From Gammaproteobacteria bacterium (GTDB lineage Bacteria; Pseudomonadota; Gammaproteobacteria; GCA-002705445; GCA-002716945), in contig JAURQW010000008.1 in NCBI GenBank assembly GCA_030835925.1, positions 1,732 to 65,731 on the forward strand: a stretch of DNA of 64,000 bases, given 5' to 3'. Within the stretch, counting starts at the first letter, position 1. Every line of letters starts with the position of its first letter. Positions 1-9,995 of this stretch are shown here, one piece after another. The notes beneath the pieces were generated by a model. It was not told the DNA's origin, ran no database searches, and saw nothing but the letters and a program-made list of their open reading frames with translations. A program made the position numbers and the translations under genes.

Positions 1-390
1 CTAGATGAAAATGATTTTGAAGTTCCTGAGTATATGCTTGAGCAAGAAGTCAAAAGCATAACATCACAATATGAATCAATGCAGCAAAAAATTGATGAAT
101 CAATTAAAACTGAATTGGGTCTAATTGCAAAGAAAAGAGTTAGATTAAACTTAATCTATATGAAAATAACTGAAGATAATAAATTATCTGTGTCAGAAAA
201 AGATGTATCTGAGTTTATTGCTAAATCTGATCCAGCATCTCAACAACAGATTTTAGAAAAAATACAATCAGATAAAGATTATTTAAATCATATCAAGAAC
301 AAAGCCCTAGAAGATGTTATTATTAATCACATACTGTCAGCATGTAAGATAGATAAGGTTGAAAAGAAATTTTCTGAGGTGGTTAATTAA
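1..390 (+). CDS. tig: trigger factor, C-terminal fragment (5' end lies outside the window)
   Basis: Frame 1 is open from base 1 ([17 protein letters not shown]...) to TAA at 388-390. It sits directly upstream of clpP-clpX-lon, the conserved tig-clpPX-lon arrangement. The call rests mainly on position plus a K/E-rich helical C-terminal-like sequence. Confidence 0.75.
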   Translation, partial: LDENDFEVPEYMLEQEVKSITSQYESMQQKIDESIKTELGLIAKKRVRLNLIYMKITEDNKLSVSEKDVSEFIAKSDPASQQQILEKIQSDKDYLNHIKNKALEDVIINHILSACKIDKVEKKFSEVVN

Positions 391-391
391 A

Positions 392-1003
392 ATGAAAAAT
401 AATGAAGTAGCAAATAATCTAGTACCGATGGTTGTTGAACAAACATCTAGAGGTGAGAGAGCATATGATATATATTCAAGATTACTTAAAGAGCGAATCA
501 TATTTATGGTTGGCCCAGTAGATGACTATTCGTCTAACTTGATAGTAGCTCAACTATTATTCCTAGAATCTGAAAACCCAACAAAAGACATTAGTTTATA
601 CATTAATTCACCGGGAGGTTCAGTAACAGCTGGAATGTCGATATATGATACTATGCAATTTATCAAACCGGATATAAGCACATTATGTATAGGTCAGGCT
701 GCGAGTATGGGAGCTATACTTTTATGTGGCGGGAAGAAAGATAAAAGATTTGCTTTACCTAACTCAAGAGTCATGATACATCAACCACTTGGTAGTTTCC
801 AAGGACAGGCAACTGATTTTGACATACAAGCCAGAGAGATTTTATCTATTCGAGCTAGATTAAATGAGATTTTAGCAAAGAATACAGGTCAGACTATTAA
901 GAAAATAGAAGCAGACACAGAAAGAGATAATTTCATGACTTCGGAAGAAGCTATGAAATATGGTTTAATTGATAATATACTTGATTCAAGGCCAAAGGAT
1001 TAA
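392..1003 (+). CDS. clpP: ATP-dependent Clp protease proteolytic subunit
   Basis: ClpP catalytic triad contexts are present: GQAASMGA (Ser), VMIHQP (His), DTERD (Asp). I prefer the ATG at 392, 1 nt after the tig stop. The track start at 359 overlaps tig and adds a non-conserved leader. Confidence 0.96.
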   Translation: MKNNEVANNLVPMVVEQTSRGERAYDIYSRLLKERIIFMVGPVDDYSSNLIVAQLLFLESENPTKDISLYINSPGGSVTAGMSIYDTMQFIKPDISTLCIGQAASMGAILLCGGKKDKRFALPNSRVMIHQPLGSFQGQATDFDIQAREILSIRARLNEILAKNTGQTIKKIEADTERDNFMTSEEAMKYGLIDNILDSRPKD

Positions 1004-1032
1004 CCCTTTAAATATAGTCTATTTTATTATTT

Positions 1033-1060
1033 TTACATTCTTTAAAAAGAACGATATACT
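1033..1060 (+). promoter_or_regulatory. candidate sigma70 promoter for clpX (TTACAT-16 nt-TATACT)
   Basis: TTACAT at 1033-1038 and TATACT at 1055-1060 with a 16-nt spacer, about 17 nt upstream of the clpX ATG. This is a motif match only. Confidence 0.35.
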
Positions 1061-1076
1061 AAAATAAAACACTAAA

Positions 1077-2342
1077 ATGGATACTAATACTAAAGACTCA
1101 AATAAATTATTACACTGCTCGTTTTGTGGTAAAAACCAAAATGAAGTTAATAAATTGATAGCTGGACCTTCAGTTTTTATTTGTGATGAGTGCGTGGATC
1201 TCTGCAATGAAATTATAAGAGATGAATTAGAAGAAAAATCACTTCAAAGTCGAGAAAATCTTCCCAAACCTAAAGAAATCAAAGAAAATTTAGATGAATA
1301 TGTTATTGGACAAGATCATGCAAAAAGAGTTCTATCCGTAGCTGTTTATAACCATTACAAGAGACTTAATTCAAAAGACACAAAAAATAACGTTGAACTC
1401 AATAAAAGCAATGTTCTTTTAATCGGGCCAACCGGTTCTGGTAAAACATTGCTAGCAGAAACTTTGGCAAGATTATTGAATGTACCATTTACAATTGCCG
1501 ATGCTACTACGTTAACTGAAGCAGGATATGTAGGAGAAGATGTAGAAAATATAATCCAAAAGCTCCTCCAAAAATGTGATTATGATGTTGAAAAAGCGCA
1601 AACAGGAATTGTTTATATTGATGAAATCGACAAGATATCAAGGAAATCTGATAATCCGTCCATTACACGAGATGTGTCTGGTGAAGGTGTTCAACAAGCG
1701 TTATTAAAATTAATTGAAGGTACCGTGGCATCTGTTCCCCCGCAAGGTGGTAGAAAACATCCTCAACAGGAGTTTCTTCAAGTAGATACATCGGGAATAT
1801 TATTTATAGTTGGTGGTGCATTTTCAGGTCTAGATAAGATTATACAAAACAGAACTGATAAATCAGGTATTGGTTTCTCCGCTAAAGTGAGGGATATAAG
1901 TGAAAAAGTTGATTTAGCAGAAACACTAGGAACTGTTGGTCCGGAAGACCTTGTAAGGTATGGTTTGATTCCTGAGTTTGTGGGACGACTTCCAGTCATT
2001 GCAACACTAGAAGAATTAGATGAGCCATCATTGATTAAAATTTTAACAGAACCTAAAAATGCACTAATTAAACAATACCAAAGGCTTTTTGAAATGGAAG
2101 AGTGTGATCTAGAATTTAGAGATGATGCCTTGCTTGCGATCGCTAAAAAAGCTATGAAAAGAAAAACTGGAGCTAGAGGACTAAGAACTCTTCTTGAAAA
2201 AACTCTACTGGATACAATGTATGAGTTGCCATCATCCTCGGAGATATCAAAAGTTGTCATTGATAAAACAGTAATTGAGTCTTCTCAGGAACCTTTATTG
2301 ATATACGAAAAGAATAAAAATAAAGCTAATTCAAAAGATTAG
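1077..2342 (+). CDS. clpX: ATP-dependent Clp protease ATP-binding subunit ClpX
   Basis: N-terminal zinc-binding motif [11 protein letters not shown]...FICDECV. Walker A GPTGSGKT. Walker [10 protein letters not shown]. High overall resemblance to ClpX. Confidence 0.97.
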   Translation: MDTNTKDSNKLLHCSFCGKNQNEVNKLIAGPSVFICDECVDLCNEIIRDELEEKSLQSRENLPKPKEIKENLDEYVIGQDHAKRVLSVAVYNHYKRLNSKDTKNNVELNKSNVLLIGPTGSGKTLLAETLARLLNVPFTIADATTLTEAGYVGEDVENIIQKLLQKCDYDVEKAQTGIVYIDEIDKISRKSDNPSITRDVSGEGVQQALLKLIEGTVASVPPQGGRKHPQQEFLQVDTSGILFIVGGAFSGLDKIIQNRTDKSGIGFSAKVRDISEKVDLAETLGTVGPEDLVRYGLIPEFVGRLPVIATLEELDEPSLIKILTEPKNALIKQYQRLFEMEECDLEFRDDALLAIAKKAMKRKTGARGLRTLLEKTLLDTMYELPSSSEISKVVIDKTVIESSQEPLLIYEKNKNKANSKD

Positions 2343-2370
2343 CTTGAAAAACGAATAACTGCCTACATAA
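2343..2370 (+). promoter_or_regulatory. candidate sigma32 (heat-shock) promoter for lon
   Basis: CTTGAAA at 2343-2349 and CCTACATA at 2362-2369, about 12 nt apart, resemble the sigma32 consensus CTTGAAA / CCCCATnT. lon is a classic sigma32 regulon member. A GAGGG Shine-Dalgarno precedes the ATG at 2403. Confidence 0.35.
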
Positions 2371-2402
2371 TTCGGGAATGATCAGCTTTAAAAGAGGGAC
2401 AA

Positions 2403-4811
2403 ATGGTTATAAAAACAGATAAATCAACTATGCCAATACTACCGCTAAGAGATGTAGTGGTATATCCTAATATGGTCGTGCCACTATTCGTTGGTAGAAC
2501 TAAATCTATCAGATCTTTAGAAGACGCGATGAACAATAACAACAAAACCATAATGCTCGTTACTCAGCTGTCTGCAGATATTAATGACCCTGTTGAATCT
2601 GAATTATATGATATAGGTTGTACTGCTACTATCCTGCAGTTATTGAAGTTACCCGATGGAACTATGAAGGTTTTAGTCGAAGGCCTAAGTAGAGCCAAAG
2701 TGTCTAATATCAAAGATCGTGATGATATATTGTATGCTGACTGCCAGGATATAGATCAAGGCAAGCAATTATCAAATGTTCAAGAAGATGCTTTGTCAAG
2801 AGCTCTTGAAAATACATTTAATCAATATGTTAAACTCAATAAAAAAATACCTCCCGAAGTTTTATCATCTATTGCTGGTATAGAAGATCTTTCAAAGCTA
2901 TCTGATAGTATTGCCGCACATATGACGCTTCGCTTAGACGAAAAACAAAAGGTTTTAGAAATATCTGACACTAAAGAAAGAGTTGAATATTTGATTTCAT
3001 CAATGGAGTCAGAACTCGATGTCTTGCAGGTTGAGAAAAAAATAAGAGGAAGAGTCAAGCAGCAAATGGAAAAAAGTCAAAGAGAGTACTATTTAAATGA
3101 GCAAATGAAAGCTATTCAAAAGGAACTTGGCGAAATAGGTGATGAACCAAATGACTTAGACTCTCTTGAAAAAAAGATTGAGTCAGTTGGACTATCTTCA
3201 GAAGCAAAGGAAAAGGTTATGGCTGAATTCAACAAGTTTAAAATGATGTCGCCAATGTCCGCAGAAGCAACTGTTGTAAGAAACTATATAGATACAGTTA
3301 TCGGCTTGCCATGGCAACAAAAAACCGAGGTGAACAGCGACATAGCACATGCTAGTAAAATTTTAGATGATGATCATCATGGACTCGTTAAAGTTAAAGA
3401 AAGGATACTGGAGTATTTAGCTGTTACTAAAAGAGTTGATAAGCTTAAAGGCCCAATATTATGTTTAGTTGGCCCACCAGGTGTGGGTAAAACCTCACTA
3501 GGTAAATCTATAGCTAAGTCAACTAATAGAAAATTCATAAAAATGTCTCTTGGTGGAGTTAGAGATGAGGCAGAAATTCGCGGTCATAGACGTACTTATA
3601 TTGGATCTATGCCAGGCAAAGTAATACAAAATCTTGCTAAAGTTAAACAGAAGAATCCATTATTTTTGTTAGATGAAATTGATAAAATGGCCATGGACTT
3701 TAGAGGCGATCCCTCTTCAGCATTGCTTGAAGTATTAGACCCAGAGCAAAACTTCGCATTTAATGATCACTATTTAGAAGTTGATTTTGATTTATCTGAC
3801 GTAATGTTCATTGCAACAGCTAATTCAATGGATTCTATACCTGCACCTTTGTTAGATAGAATGGAAATTATAAGATTGCCTGGATACACAGAAGATGAAA
3901 AAACTGATATAGCAAAGAAATACCTCCTGTCTAAACAGTTTGAACAAAATGGTTTAAAGAAAAAAGAATTAAGTATAAACACTGCTTCAATTAGAGATAT
4001 TATTAGATACTATACGCGTGAAGCCGGCGTTCGAGGTTTAGATAGGGCGATCTCTAAAATTTGCAGGAAAGTCGTTAAGTCAATACTTTTAAATAATGAC
4101 AAGCAAACAAAAATTACTCCTACAAATCTAAATGATTATTTAGGTGTGAAACTTTTTAGTCATGGAGTGGTTGAAAAAAAAGACATGGTAGGGCAGGTTA
4201 ATGGTCTTGCATGGACCTCAGTTGGAGGAGAACTTCTTCGTATTGAATGTGCGCTTATGTCGGGAAAAGGGAAGATCGAGCAAACCGGTAGTCTAGGTGA
4301 TGTTATGCTAGAATCAATTAAAGCTGCGATCACTGTCGTCAGAACTAGAGCGGTATCTCTAGGAATAGATACACATTTTCATGAAAACAAAGATATACAT
4401 ATTCATGTTCCTGAGGGAGCTACACCCAAAGATGGTCCAAGCGCAGGTATAAGCATGGCTCTAGCAGTGGCATCGTCACTTACAAACATCCCTGTTAGGT
4501 CTGATGTGGCAATGACTGGTGAAATCACTCTTAGGGGTGAAGTATTAGAAATAGGAGGACTTAAAGAAAAATTACTTGCTGCGCTGAGAGGTGGTATAAA
4601 AGAGGTTATAATCCCAAAAGAAAATGAGAAAGATCTTGTAGAAATACCAGAAAATGTTAAAAAAGGCTTAAAAATACATCCTGTTAAATTCGTAGACGAA
4701 GTCTTTGCTATAGCTTTAAAAAATAAGCCTACGAAATTAAAAACTATCAAAAAATCATCAGCTGTTTCTGGAAAGAAAAATAAATCTAATGAAAAAAACT
4801 TACCCCATTAA
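2403..4811 (+). CDS. lon: Lon protease (LonA type)
   Basis: 802 aa. Walker [10 protein letters not shown]. Protease Ser context [12 protein letters not shown] and Lys context [11 protein letters not shown]. An N-terminal LON substrate-binding domain is present. Confidence 0.97.
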   Translation: MVIKTDKSTMPILPLRDVVVYPNMVVPLFVGRTKSIRSLEDAMNNNNKTIMLVTQLSADINDPVESELYDIGCTATILQLLKLPDGTMKVLVEGLSRAKVSNIKDRDDILYADCQDIDQGKQLSNVQEDALSRALENTFNQYVKLNKKIPPEVLSSIAGIEDLSKLSDSIAAHMTLRLDEKQKVLEISDTKERVEYLISSMESELDVLQVEKKIRGRVKQQMEKSQREYYLNEQMKAIQKELGEIGDEPNDLDSLEKKIESVGLSSEAKEKVMAEFNKFKMMSPMSAEATVVRNYIDTVIGLPWQQKTEVNSDIAHASKILDDDHHGLVKVKERILEYLAVTKRVDKLKGPILCLVGPPGVGKTSLGKSIAKSTNRKFIKMSLGGVRDEAEIRGHRRTYIGSMPGKVIQNLAKVKQKNPLFLLDEIDKMAMDFRGDPSSALLEVLDPEQNFAFNDHYLEVDFDLSDVMFIATANSMDSIPAPLLDRMEIIRLPGYTEDEKTDIAKKYLLSKQFEQNGLKKKELSINTASIRDIIRYYTREAGVRGLDRAISKICRKVVKSILLNNDKQTKITPTNLNDYLGVKLFSHGVVEKKDMVGQVNGLAWTSVGGELLRIECALMSGKGKIEQTGSLGDVMLESIKAAITVVRTRAVSLGIDTHFHENKDIHIHVPEGATPKDGPSAGISMALAVASSLTNIPVRSDVAMTGEITLRGEVLEIGGLKEKLLAALRGGIKEVIIPKENEKDLVEIPENVKKGLKIHPVKFVDEVFAIALKNKPTKLKTIKKSSAVSGKKNKSNEKNLPH

Positions 4812-4892
4812 CATATTTCATTTAGGTTGTAAATGCAGAAAAATATAGAAAATTAATACATTTTGCCATCATATTAATGTACTATAGACAGT

Positions 4893-4909
4893 GTAATTCA
4901 TTGAATTAC
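4893..4909. repeat. perfect palindrome GTAATTCA-T-TGAATTAC upstream of hupB, function unknown
   Basis: The 8+1+8 perfect inverted repeat was read directly from the sequence. It lies about 63 nt upstream of the hupB ATG. No T-tract follows it, so it looks more like an operator than a terminator. Confidence 0.5.
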
Positions 4910-4971
4910 GTAATAAACATGAGTCAACGTGACTTATAAATAAAAAATATATATCAATAAAGAGGTCCTAA

Positions 4972-5244
4972 ATGAATAAAGCAGAATTTATTTCAGCGAT
5001 AGCTGAAGCAGCGGGTAGCAGTAAATCAGATGCAACAGCACATGTTGAAGCAATGATAAATGTCGTAACAAACACATTAAAAAGTGACGATCAAGTAACG
5101 TTAGTTGGATTCGGAACGTTTCTTGCTAAAAAAAGAGATGCTAGAACTGGGAGAAATCCAAGAACTGGTGAGTCGATTCAAATTAAAGCATCAACTGTGC
5201 CTGCTTTTAAAGCTGGTAAAGCATTCAAGGATGCATTAAATTAG
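4972..5244 (+). CDS. hupB: DNA-binding protein HU (beta-like)
   Basis: 90 aa. MNKAEFISAIAE... and GRNPRTGESIQIKASTVPAFKAGKAFKDAL are typical HU/IHF-fold sequences. AGAGG Shine-Dalgarno. Conserved position after lon. Confidence 0.95.
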   Translation: MNKAEFISAIAEAAGSSKSDATAHVEAMINVVTNTLKSDDQVTLVGFGTFLAKKRDARTGRNPRTGESIQIKASTVPAFKAGKAFKDALN

Positions 5245-5259
5245 TTCTCTAATTTAAGA

Positions 5260-5336
5260 GGGTGATTAGCTCAGCTGGTTAGAGCACCGCCCTTACAAGG
5301 CGGGGGTCGTAAGTTCGAATCTTTCATCACCCACCA
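5260..5336 (+). tRNA. tRNA-Val (anticodon UAC), CCA encoded
   Basis: I folded the cloverleaf by hand. Acceptor GGGTGAT/ATCACCC. D arm GCTC/GAGC. Anticodon stem CCGCC/GGCGG with loop CTTACAA. T loop TTCGAAT. Discriminator A followed by CCA. The T stem has one T-T mismatch (positions 50-64). Confidence 0.9.
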
Positions 5337-5346
5337 TTAATAACAT

Positions 5347-5376
5347 AGAAGCAGATTTATCTGCTTCTTTTTATTT
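5347..5376 (+). terminator. rho-independent terminator after tRNA-Val
   Basis: Stem AGAAGCAG (5347-5354) / CTGCTTCT (5361-5368), loop ATTTAT, followed by TTTTATTT. Confidence 0.7.
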
Positions 5377-5415
5377 ATGTAGATCAGGATTAGTGATAAT
5401 ATAACTTAGGTTTTT

Positions 5416-5489
5416 GGGGGTGTAGCTCAGCTGGTTAGAGCGCCTGCCTGTCACGCAGGAGGCCGAGGGTTCGAGTCCCTTCACTCCCG
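5416..5489 (+). tRNA. tRNA-Asp (anticodon GUC), 3' CCA not encoded
   Basis: Acceptor GGGGGTG/CACTCCC with one G-T pair. Anticodon stem CCTGC/GCAGG with loop CTGTCAC. T arm GAGGG-TTCGAGT-CCCTT. Discriminator G is followed by AAAAAC rather than CCA. Confidence 0.88.
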
Positions 5490-5510
5490 AAAAACTTTTA
5501 AGGATTTAAT

Positions 5511-7370
5511 ATGCTAACACGTATCAGAGAAAAATTAAGTAGTTGGGTAATAGCATTGCTTTTATTATTTGTAGCAATACCTTTAGTGTTTATGGGTCTA
5601 GGAAATTATCAATCAGCTTCAGACAGCTATGCTTTTAAAATCAATGATCAAGTTATTACAACTTCTCAATTAGAGCAAGAAGTTTTTCAATATAGACAAG
5701 CACTAGAGAGTAATACACAGGGTAGTCTGCCTCCGTTTTATACTAATAAATTCATTAGAAATATAACAATGGATTATATGTTGAGGACAATTATACTAGA
5801 TAATACAGCTAAAGATATTGGATTAGTTTATCATAATGAGTCTATCCTTGATCAAATCTACAATACTTCATCTTTCCGTGATGAATCAGGTTTTAATAAA
5901 GATCTATACAAGTCGCAGTTATATAGAATAGGTATGTCACCGCAGTCTTATGAAGGTTATGTGCATCAAAAAGGTATATCTGAGCAGCTTAAAAAAGCAA
6001 TCACATCAACCTCTATTATAACAACCCAAGAAAAAACTGATTTAATTAAATTTAGGCATCATACAAGAAATGTTAATTATAAAGTTATAAAGTTTGATGA
6101 CATCAAAAAATCATTATCACTTAGCGAAAAAGATAAGAAAGATTTTTATGATACGAATAAGTCATCTTACATGTCTCCTGCTCTTGCCAAATATGAATAC
6201 ATAGACATAGATAAAAATGACATTATTAAAAATGTTTCTATAACAGATGAAATTATTAAAAATATTTACGATAGAAATTTAGACGCAGGAGAATATAATA
6301 AGCCTTCTACATATAAGATTAATCACTTGTTAGTCAAAGACATAACTGCCAGTTCAAAAGATAAAATTATAAAAGCACGAGATGATATTATATCTGGCCT
6401 ATCTTTTGAGAAAGCTGTGAAACTATATTCTAACGATGAAGACACAATCACGAATAAAGGTTATCTTGGAGAATTTATTTCATCTGATTTACCTGTGTAT
6501 CTCTCATCTCAACTTATAAACCTAAGGACGGGCGATCTTTCAGAAATTATTGAGTCAGATAAAGGTTATCATTTGATGATGATAATTGATAAAACCCTAG
6601 GAAAACCATCATCTTTAGACGAAGTCAGGGAAGCAATTAAATCTGATTATAAAAAAGAGATGGGTACGCGAGAGTACTTTGATCTAATAGACGAGGTTAA
6701 TGAAAGGAATTTTACGAGGAAGTATAACTTATCTGAGATATCTTCTGATTTAAATTTAAGTCTACTGAATACGAAGTATATAAGTAAAGTTGATGGATAT
6801 GGCATCTTTAATTTTGATTATGTAAGAGATCAAGTATTTACTGATGAAGTAATTAAAAATAACCAAACAAGTGAATTAATTTATATCAATGATGATAGGT
6901 TTGTAGTTGCACAACTTTTAAGTTATAAAGCACCAGTCCAAATGAGTTATGAGGACTCTAAAGATATAATAGAAGCATTAATGTTAAACCAACAGTCAGA
7001 ATCTTTAATTAAGACTATGGCCGAAAGCTTAAGAGATGATATGAATGCAGGCATCTCAGAACTTGACTCAAGTTTCAAGAAGTTTTCGGGTACTATGGAT
7101 TCTGAAAAAATAGATAGCAATCTTAAGGAAATATTTTTTGCGACTTCATCTGAGACTGGGTTCCTAATCACTAATCTTAATAAAGATTATTTAATTTATA
7201 ATATAAGTAATGTAGTATATCCCGATGATATTAAAAAAATTAATAACGCAGATGATTACTATAATTTTATATTAAATACTCGTAGCGAGTCTGAGTTTAA
7301 TTTGTTTTATAATAATGTTAGTTCGAATCTAGATATTATTATTAATAGCGAATATATGGATCGAGATTAA
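5511..7370 (+). CDS. ppiD: periplasmic chaperone / peptidyl-prolyl isomerase PpiD
   Basis: 619 aa. N-terminal membrane anchor WVIALLLLFVAIPLVFMGL. Parvulin-like segment (KINHLLVKD...GYLGEF...DKGYHLMMI). Conserved position after hupB. Confidence 0.85.
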   Translation: MLTRIREKLSSWVIALLLLFVAIPLVFMGLGNYQSASDSYAFKINDQVITTSQLEQEVFQYRQALESNTQGSLPPFYTNKFIRNITMDYMLRTIILDNTAKDIGLVYHNESILDQIYNTSSFRDESGFNKDLYKSQLYRIGMSPQSYEGYVHQKGISEQLKKAITSTSIITTQEKTDLIKFRHHTRNVNYKVIKFDDIKKSLSLSEKDKKDFYDTNKSSYMSPALAKYEYIDIDKNDIIKNVSITDEIIKNIYDRNLDAGEYNKPSTYKINHLLVKDITASSKDKIIKARDDIISGLSFEKAVKLYSNDEDTITNKGYLGEFISSDLPVYLSSQLINLRTGDLSEIIESDKGYHLMMIIDKTLGKPSSLDEVREAIKSDYKKEMGTREYFDLIDEVNERNFTRKYNLSEISSDLNLSLLNTKYISKVDGYGIFNFDYVRDQVFTDEVIKNNQTSELIYINDDRFVVAQLLSYKAPVQMSYEDSKDIIEALMLNQQSESLIKTMAESLRDDMNAGISELDSSFKKFSGTMDSEKIDSNLKEIFFATSSETGFLITNLNKDYLIYNISNVVYPDDIKKINNADDYYNFILNTRSESEFNLFYNNVSSNLDIIINSEYMDRD

Positions 7371-8143
7371 ACCCCGGAAATATTGAATCCACCATCAACA
7401 TAGATTACTTGTCCAGATATACCTGAAGATTGATCACTTGCAAGAAATAAAGCAGTATTTGCCACTTCTTCTAAGGTTATGTTTCTTTTTAAGGCAGCTT
7501 TATCTTCAACATGTTTGAGTATCTCATTAAATCCAGATATACCAGCCGCTGCTAATGTTTTTATTGGACCTGCCGACACCGCATTAACTCTGATGTTATC
7601 GTTCCCTAGTGAGTGGGACATGTATCTGACATTAGCTTCTAAACTGGCTTTCGCTAGGCCCATAACATTATAGTTTTTAATGACTCTCTCCGAACCTAAG
7701 TAAGTTAAAGTGAGCATTGATCCGCATGGACTTATAATATCTCTGAATTCTTTTGCTAACGCTGTAAATGAATATGAGCTTATATCATGAGCTATTTGGA
7801 AGCCATCACGAGTTATATTATCTACATAATCACCGTTTAATAACTCTCTTGGTGCAAACGCAGCGGAGTGGATGATTATATCAACATTACCCCATTTATC
7901 TTTTATATCTAATTTTAGATTTCTGATATCATCGTCAATTGATAAGTCACAAGGATGCAACAATACTTCTTCAGATGTTTCTAAAACACTAGCAATATCC
8001 TCAACTCTACTCTTTAATTTGTCATTCTGATAGGTTAGAGCTATACTTGCGCCATTTTTAGCAAAAATTTCAGCTATACTAGTGGCAATTGATCTTTTGC
8101 TTGCCACACCAATTATCAAAGCTTTTTTATTTTTTAAAATCAT
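7367..8143 (-). CDS. fabI: enoyl-[acyl-carrier-protein] reductase (NADH), FabI
   Basis: 258 aa. GVASKRSIA nucleotide-binding start. Active site NYNVMGLAKASLEA (Tyr-x6-Lys). GQVIYVDGGF C-terminus. Confidence 0.93.
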   Translation of the reverse strand: MILKNKKALIIGVASKRSIATSIAEIFAKNGASIALTYQNDKLKSRVEDIASVLETSEEVLLHPCDLSIDDDIRNLKLDIKDKWGNVDIIIHSAAFAPRELLNGDYVDNITRDGFQIAHDISSYSFTALAKEFRDIISPCGSMLTLTYLGSERVIKNYNVMGLAKASLEANVRYMSHSLGNDNIRVNAVSAGPIKTLAAAGISGFNEILKHVEDKAALKRNITLEEVANTALFLASDQSSGISGQVIYVDGGFNISGV

Positions 8144-8207
8144 ATCTTAGAGTTGTCTTTTAGTTATTATATAGAATATTATAATAATGTATTAATATTA
8201 TTTTTTC

Positions 8208-9995
8208 ATGAATATTTTCACTAAAACACTAATTAGATTAAACATTTTCATTTTTACACTGATATTCAGTGTTTTTGGCTATACAGATTATTCAATTGGC
8301 ATTGGTTATACACCTAAATATTCAGATAACTTTACTAGCTTTGACTATGTTAATCCCGTCGCTAAAAAAGGTGGAGAAATACGTCTCTCAGCCTTTGGCA
8401 CTTTTGAATCATTGAACCCTTATCTTTTAAAATCCCTCGCGCCTGTAGGTTTAAATATATTAATGTTTGAAACACTGATGGAGAGAAGTTTAGATGAACC
8501 TTCATCGAGTTATGGGCATATAGCTTATAAATATATCTTGGCAGATGATGGTTTGTCAGTTACTTACTATATTAAAGACCATGCGAAATTTTCGAATGGA
8601 GATGAAATAGTAGCTGACGATGTTTTATTTTCTTATCAAACATTAATAAGTAAAGATGCTCATCCTCAATATAGAATTTATTGGGCTGATATAAAAAAAG
8701 CAACCGTATTAGATAAAAAATCTATCAGATTTTCATTTCATAAAAAAAATCCAGAATTGCATATGATAATTGGTGATATACCAATATTTTCCAAAAAATG
8801 GTTTGATGGTAAATCATTCAGTGAATCTATACTTGAGATGCCTATCGCAAGTGGACCATATATAATTGAAGATTATGAAACAGGCAAGTATATACGTTAT
8901 AAAAAAAATCCCAACTATTGGGCTATGAACGAACCTACAAGGTCTGGCATGTTTAATTTCGATATAATTACATTTAAATATTATAAAGATATGACGGTAG
9001 CTCTAGAGGCTTTCAAAGCAGGTGAATATGATTTTATACATGAAAATCACTCCAAGAGATGGGCAAGAGATTATAATGGACCTAACTTTAATAAAAAATT
9101 AATTATCAAAGAAGAGTTACATCATTCAAATAATGCTGGGATCCAAGGTTTCATCTTCAATACTCGTAAAGAAATATTTAGAGATAAAAAAGTAAGAGAA
9201 GCCATAACTTTAGCATTTGATTTTAACTGGTCAAATAAAAACTTATTCTATGGTCAATACAAGAGGTGTGAAAGTTTCTTTAGTAATAGTGAGTTATCTG
9301 CTAATGAAATCGCAAGTATTCAAGAGATTGATTTAGCTGAAGAATTATCGATACCCCGCAGCCTTGTTATTGATAAAGACTATTCTGTCTTAAATAGAGA
9401 ATCTAACATCAGGAATAATTTATATAAAGCAAAAAAAATATTTGATAAGCTTGGCTGGATTGTCCGAGATAATACCCTATATAATCTAAAAAATGAGCCA
9501 GTTGAATTTAATTTTTTACTAGCACAAAAAGGCTTTGAAAGAATTCTTGCACCATTTGCACATAATCTTAAAAAACTTGGTATTAAGTTAAAGTATAGGA
9601 CTATCGATCTATCTCTATATCAAAGGAAGGTTGATTCATTTGATTATGACATGATGGTTATGAGTTATCCTCAGTCTCAATCACCCGGTAATGAGCTTAT
9701 TGCAATGTTCCACTCGAGCTCATATGATAAAAAGGGTTCTTATAATTTAGCTGGAATATCTGACCCTAATGTTGATAAGCTTATTGAGAAAATTATATAT
9801 AGTAACAATAGAGACGAGATGATTATTGCATCAAAACTGTTGGATAGAATTTTATGGAATAACTACTATTTATTGCCAAACTGGTATATCGATAAGCATA
9901 GAATTGCTTATTTTGATAATTTCGTAAAACCAGAAAAGTTGCCAAAGTATTATGAACCGTTAGATTATGTGCTTAAAACCTGGGCGTCAAATTAA
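8208..9995 (+). CDS. yejA: ABC transporter periplasmic substrate-binding protein, family 5 (YejA-like peptide binding)
   Basis: 595 aa with an N-terminal signal/anchor. FDYVNPVAKKGGEIRL...FESLNPY...SSSYGHIA resembles YejA. It heads a four-gene yejABEF-type operon. Confidence 0.8.
   Translation: MNIFTKTLIRLNIFIFTLIFSVFGYTDYSIGIGYTPKYSDNFTSFDYVNPVAKKGGEIRLSAFGTFESLNPYLLKSLAPVGLNILMFETLMERSLDEPSSSYGHIAYKYILADDGLSVTYYIKDHAKFSNGDEIVADDVLFSYQTLISKDAHPQYRIYWADIKKATVLDKKSIRFSFHKKNPELHMIIGDIPIFSKKWFDGKSFSESILEMPIASGPYIIEDYETGKYIRYKKNPNYWAMNEPTRSGMFNFDIITFKYYKDMTVALEAFKAGEYDFIHENHSKRWARDYNGPNFNKKLIIKEELHHSNNAGIQGFIFNTRKEIFRDKKVREAITLAFDFNWSNKNLFYGQYKRCESFFSNSELSANEIASIQEIDLAEELSIPRSLVIDKDYSVLNRESNIRNNLYKAKKIFDKLGWIVRDNTLYNLKNEPVEFNFLLAQKGFERILAPFAHNLKKLGIKLKYRTIDLSLYQRKVDSFDYDMMVMSYPQSQSPGNELIAMFHSSSYDKKGSYNLAGISDPNVDKLIEKIIYSNNRDEMIIASKLLDRILWNNYYLLPNWYIDKHRIAYFDNFVKPEKLPKYYEPLDYVLKTWASN

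Noticed and set aside
359-391. Upstream track starts for clpP (359). The same applies to rnhB (31014), kdsA (38699), the oxidoreductase (31050, TTG), dxr (20240, TTG), tilS (36069, TTG), sdhE (62147, TTG), ftsB (40817, GTG), mfd (47819, GTG) and the rhodanese (48552, GTG).
   Set aside because: Each adds non-conserved residues overlapping the preceding gene or a structural element. In every case an internal ATG aligns with the conserved protein N-terminus, often with a Shine-Dalgarno or a stop/start junction.
300-391. A possible sigma32 promoter for clpP inside the tig 3' end (GTTGAAAA at about 357-364).
   Set aside because: Only the -35-like half is present. Nothing resembling CCCCATnT lies at the right distance.
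8144-8207. An AT-rich quasi-palindromic fabI/yejA divergent spacer (TATAGAATATTATAATAATGTATTAATATTAT), considered as a possible dif/XerCD site or replication-related element.
   Set aside because: It does not match the dif arms (GGTGCGCATAA / TTATGTTAAAT). No DnaA boxes (TTATCCACA) are nearby. It is most simply a pair of divergent AT-rich promoters.
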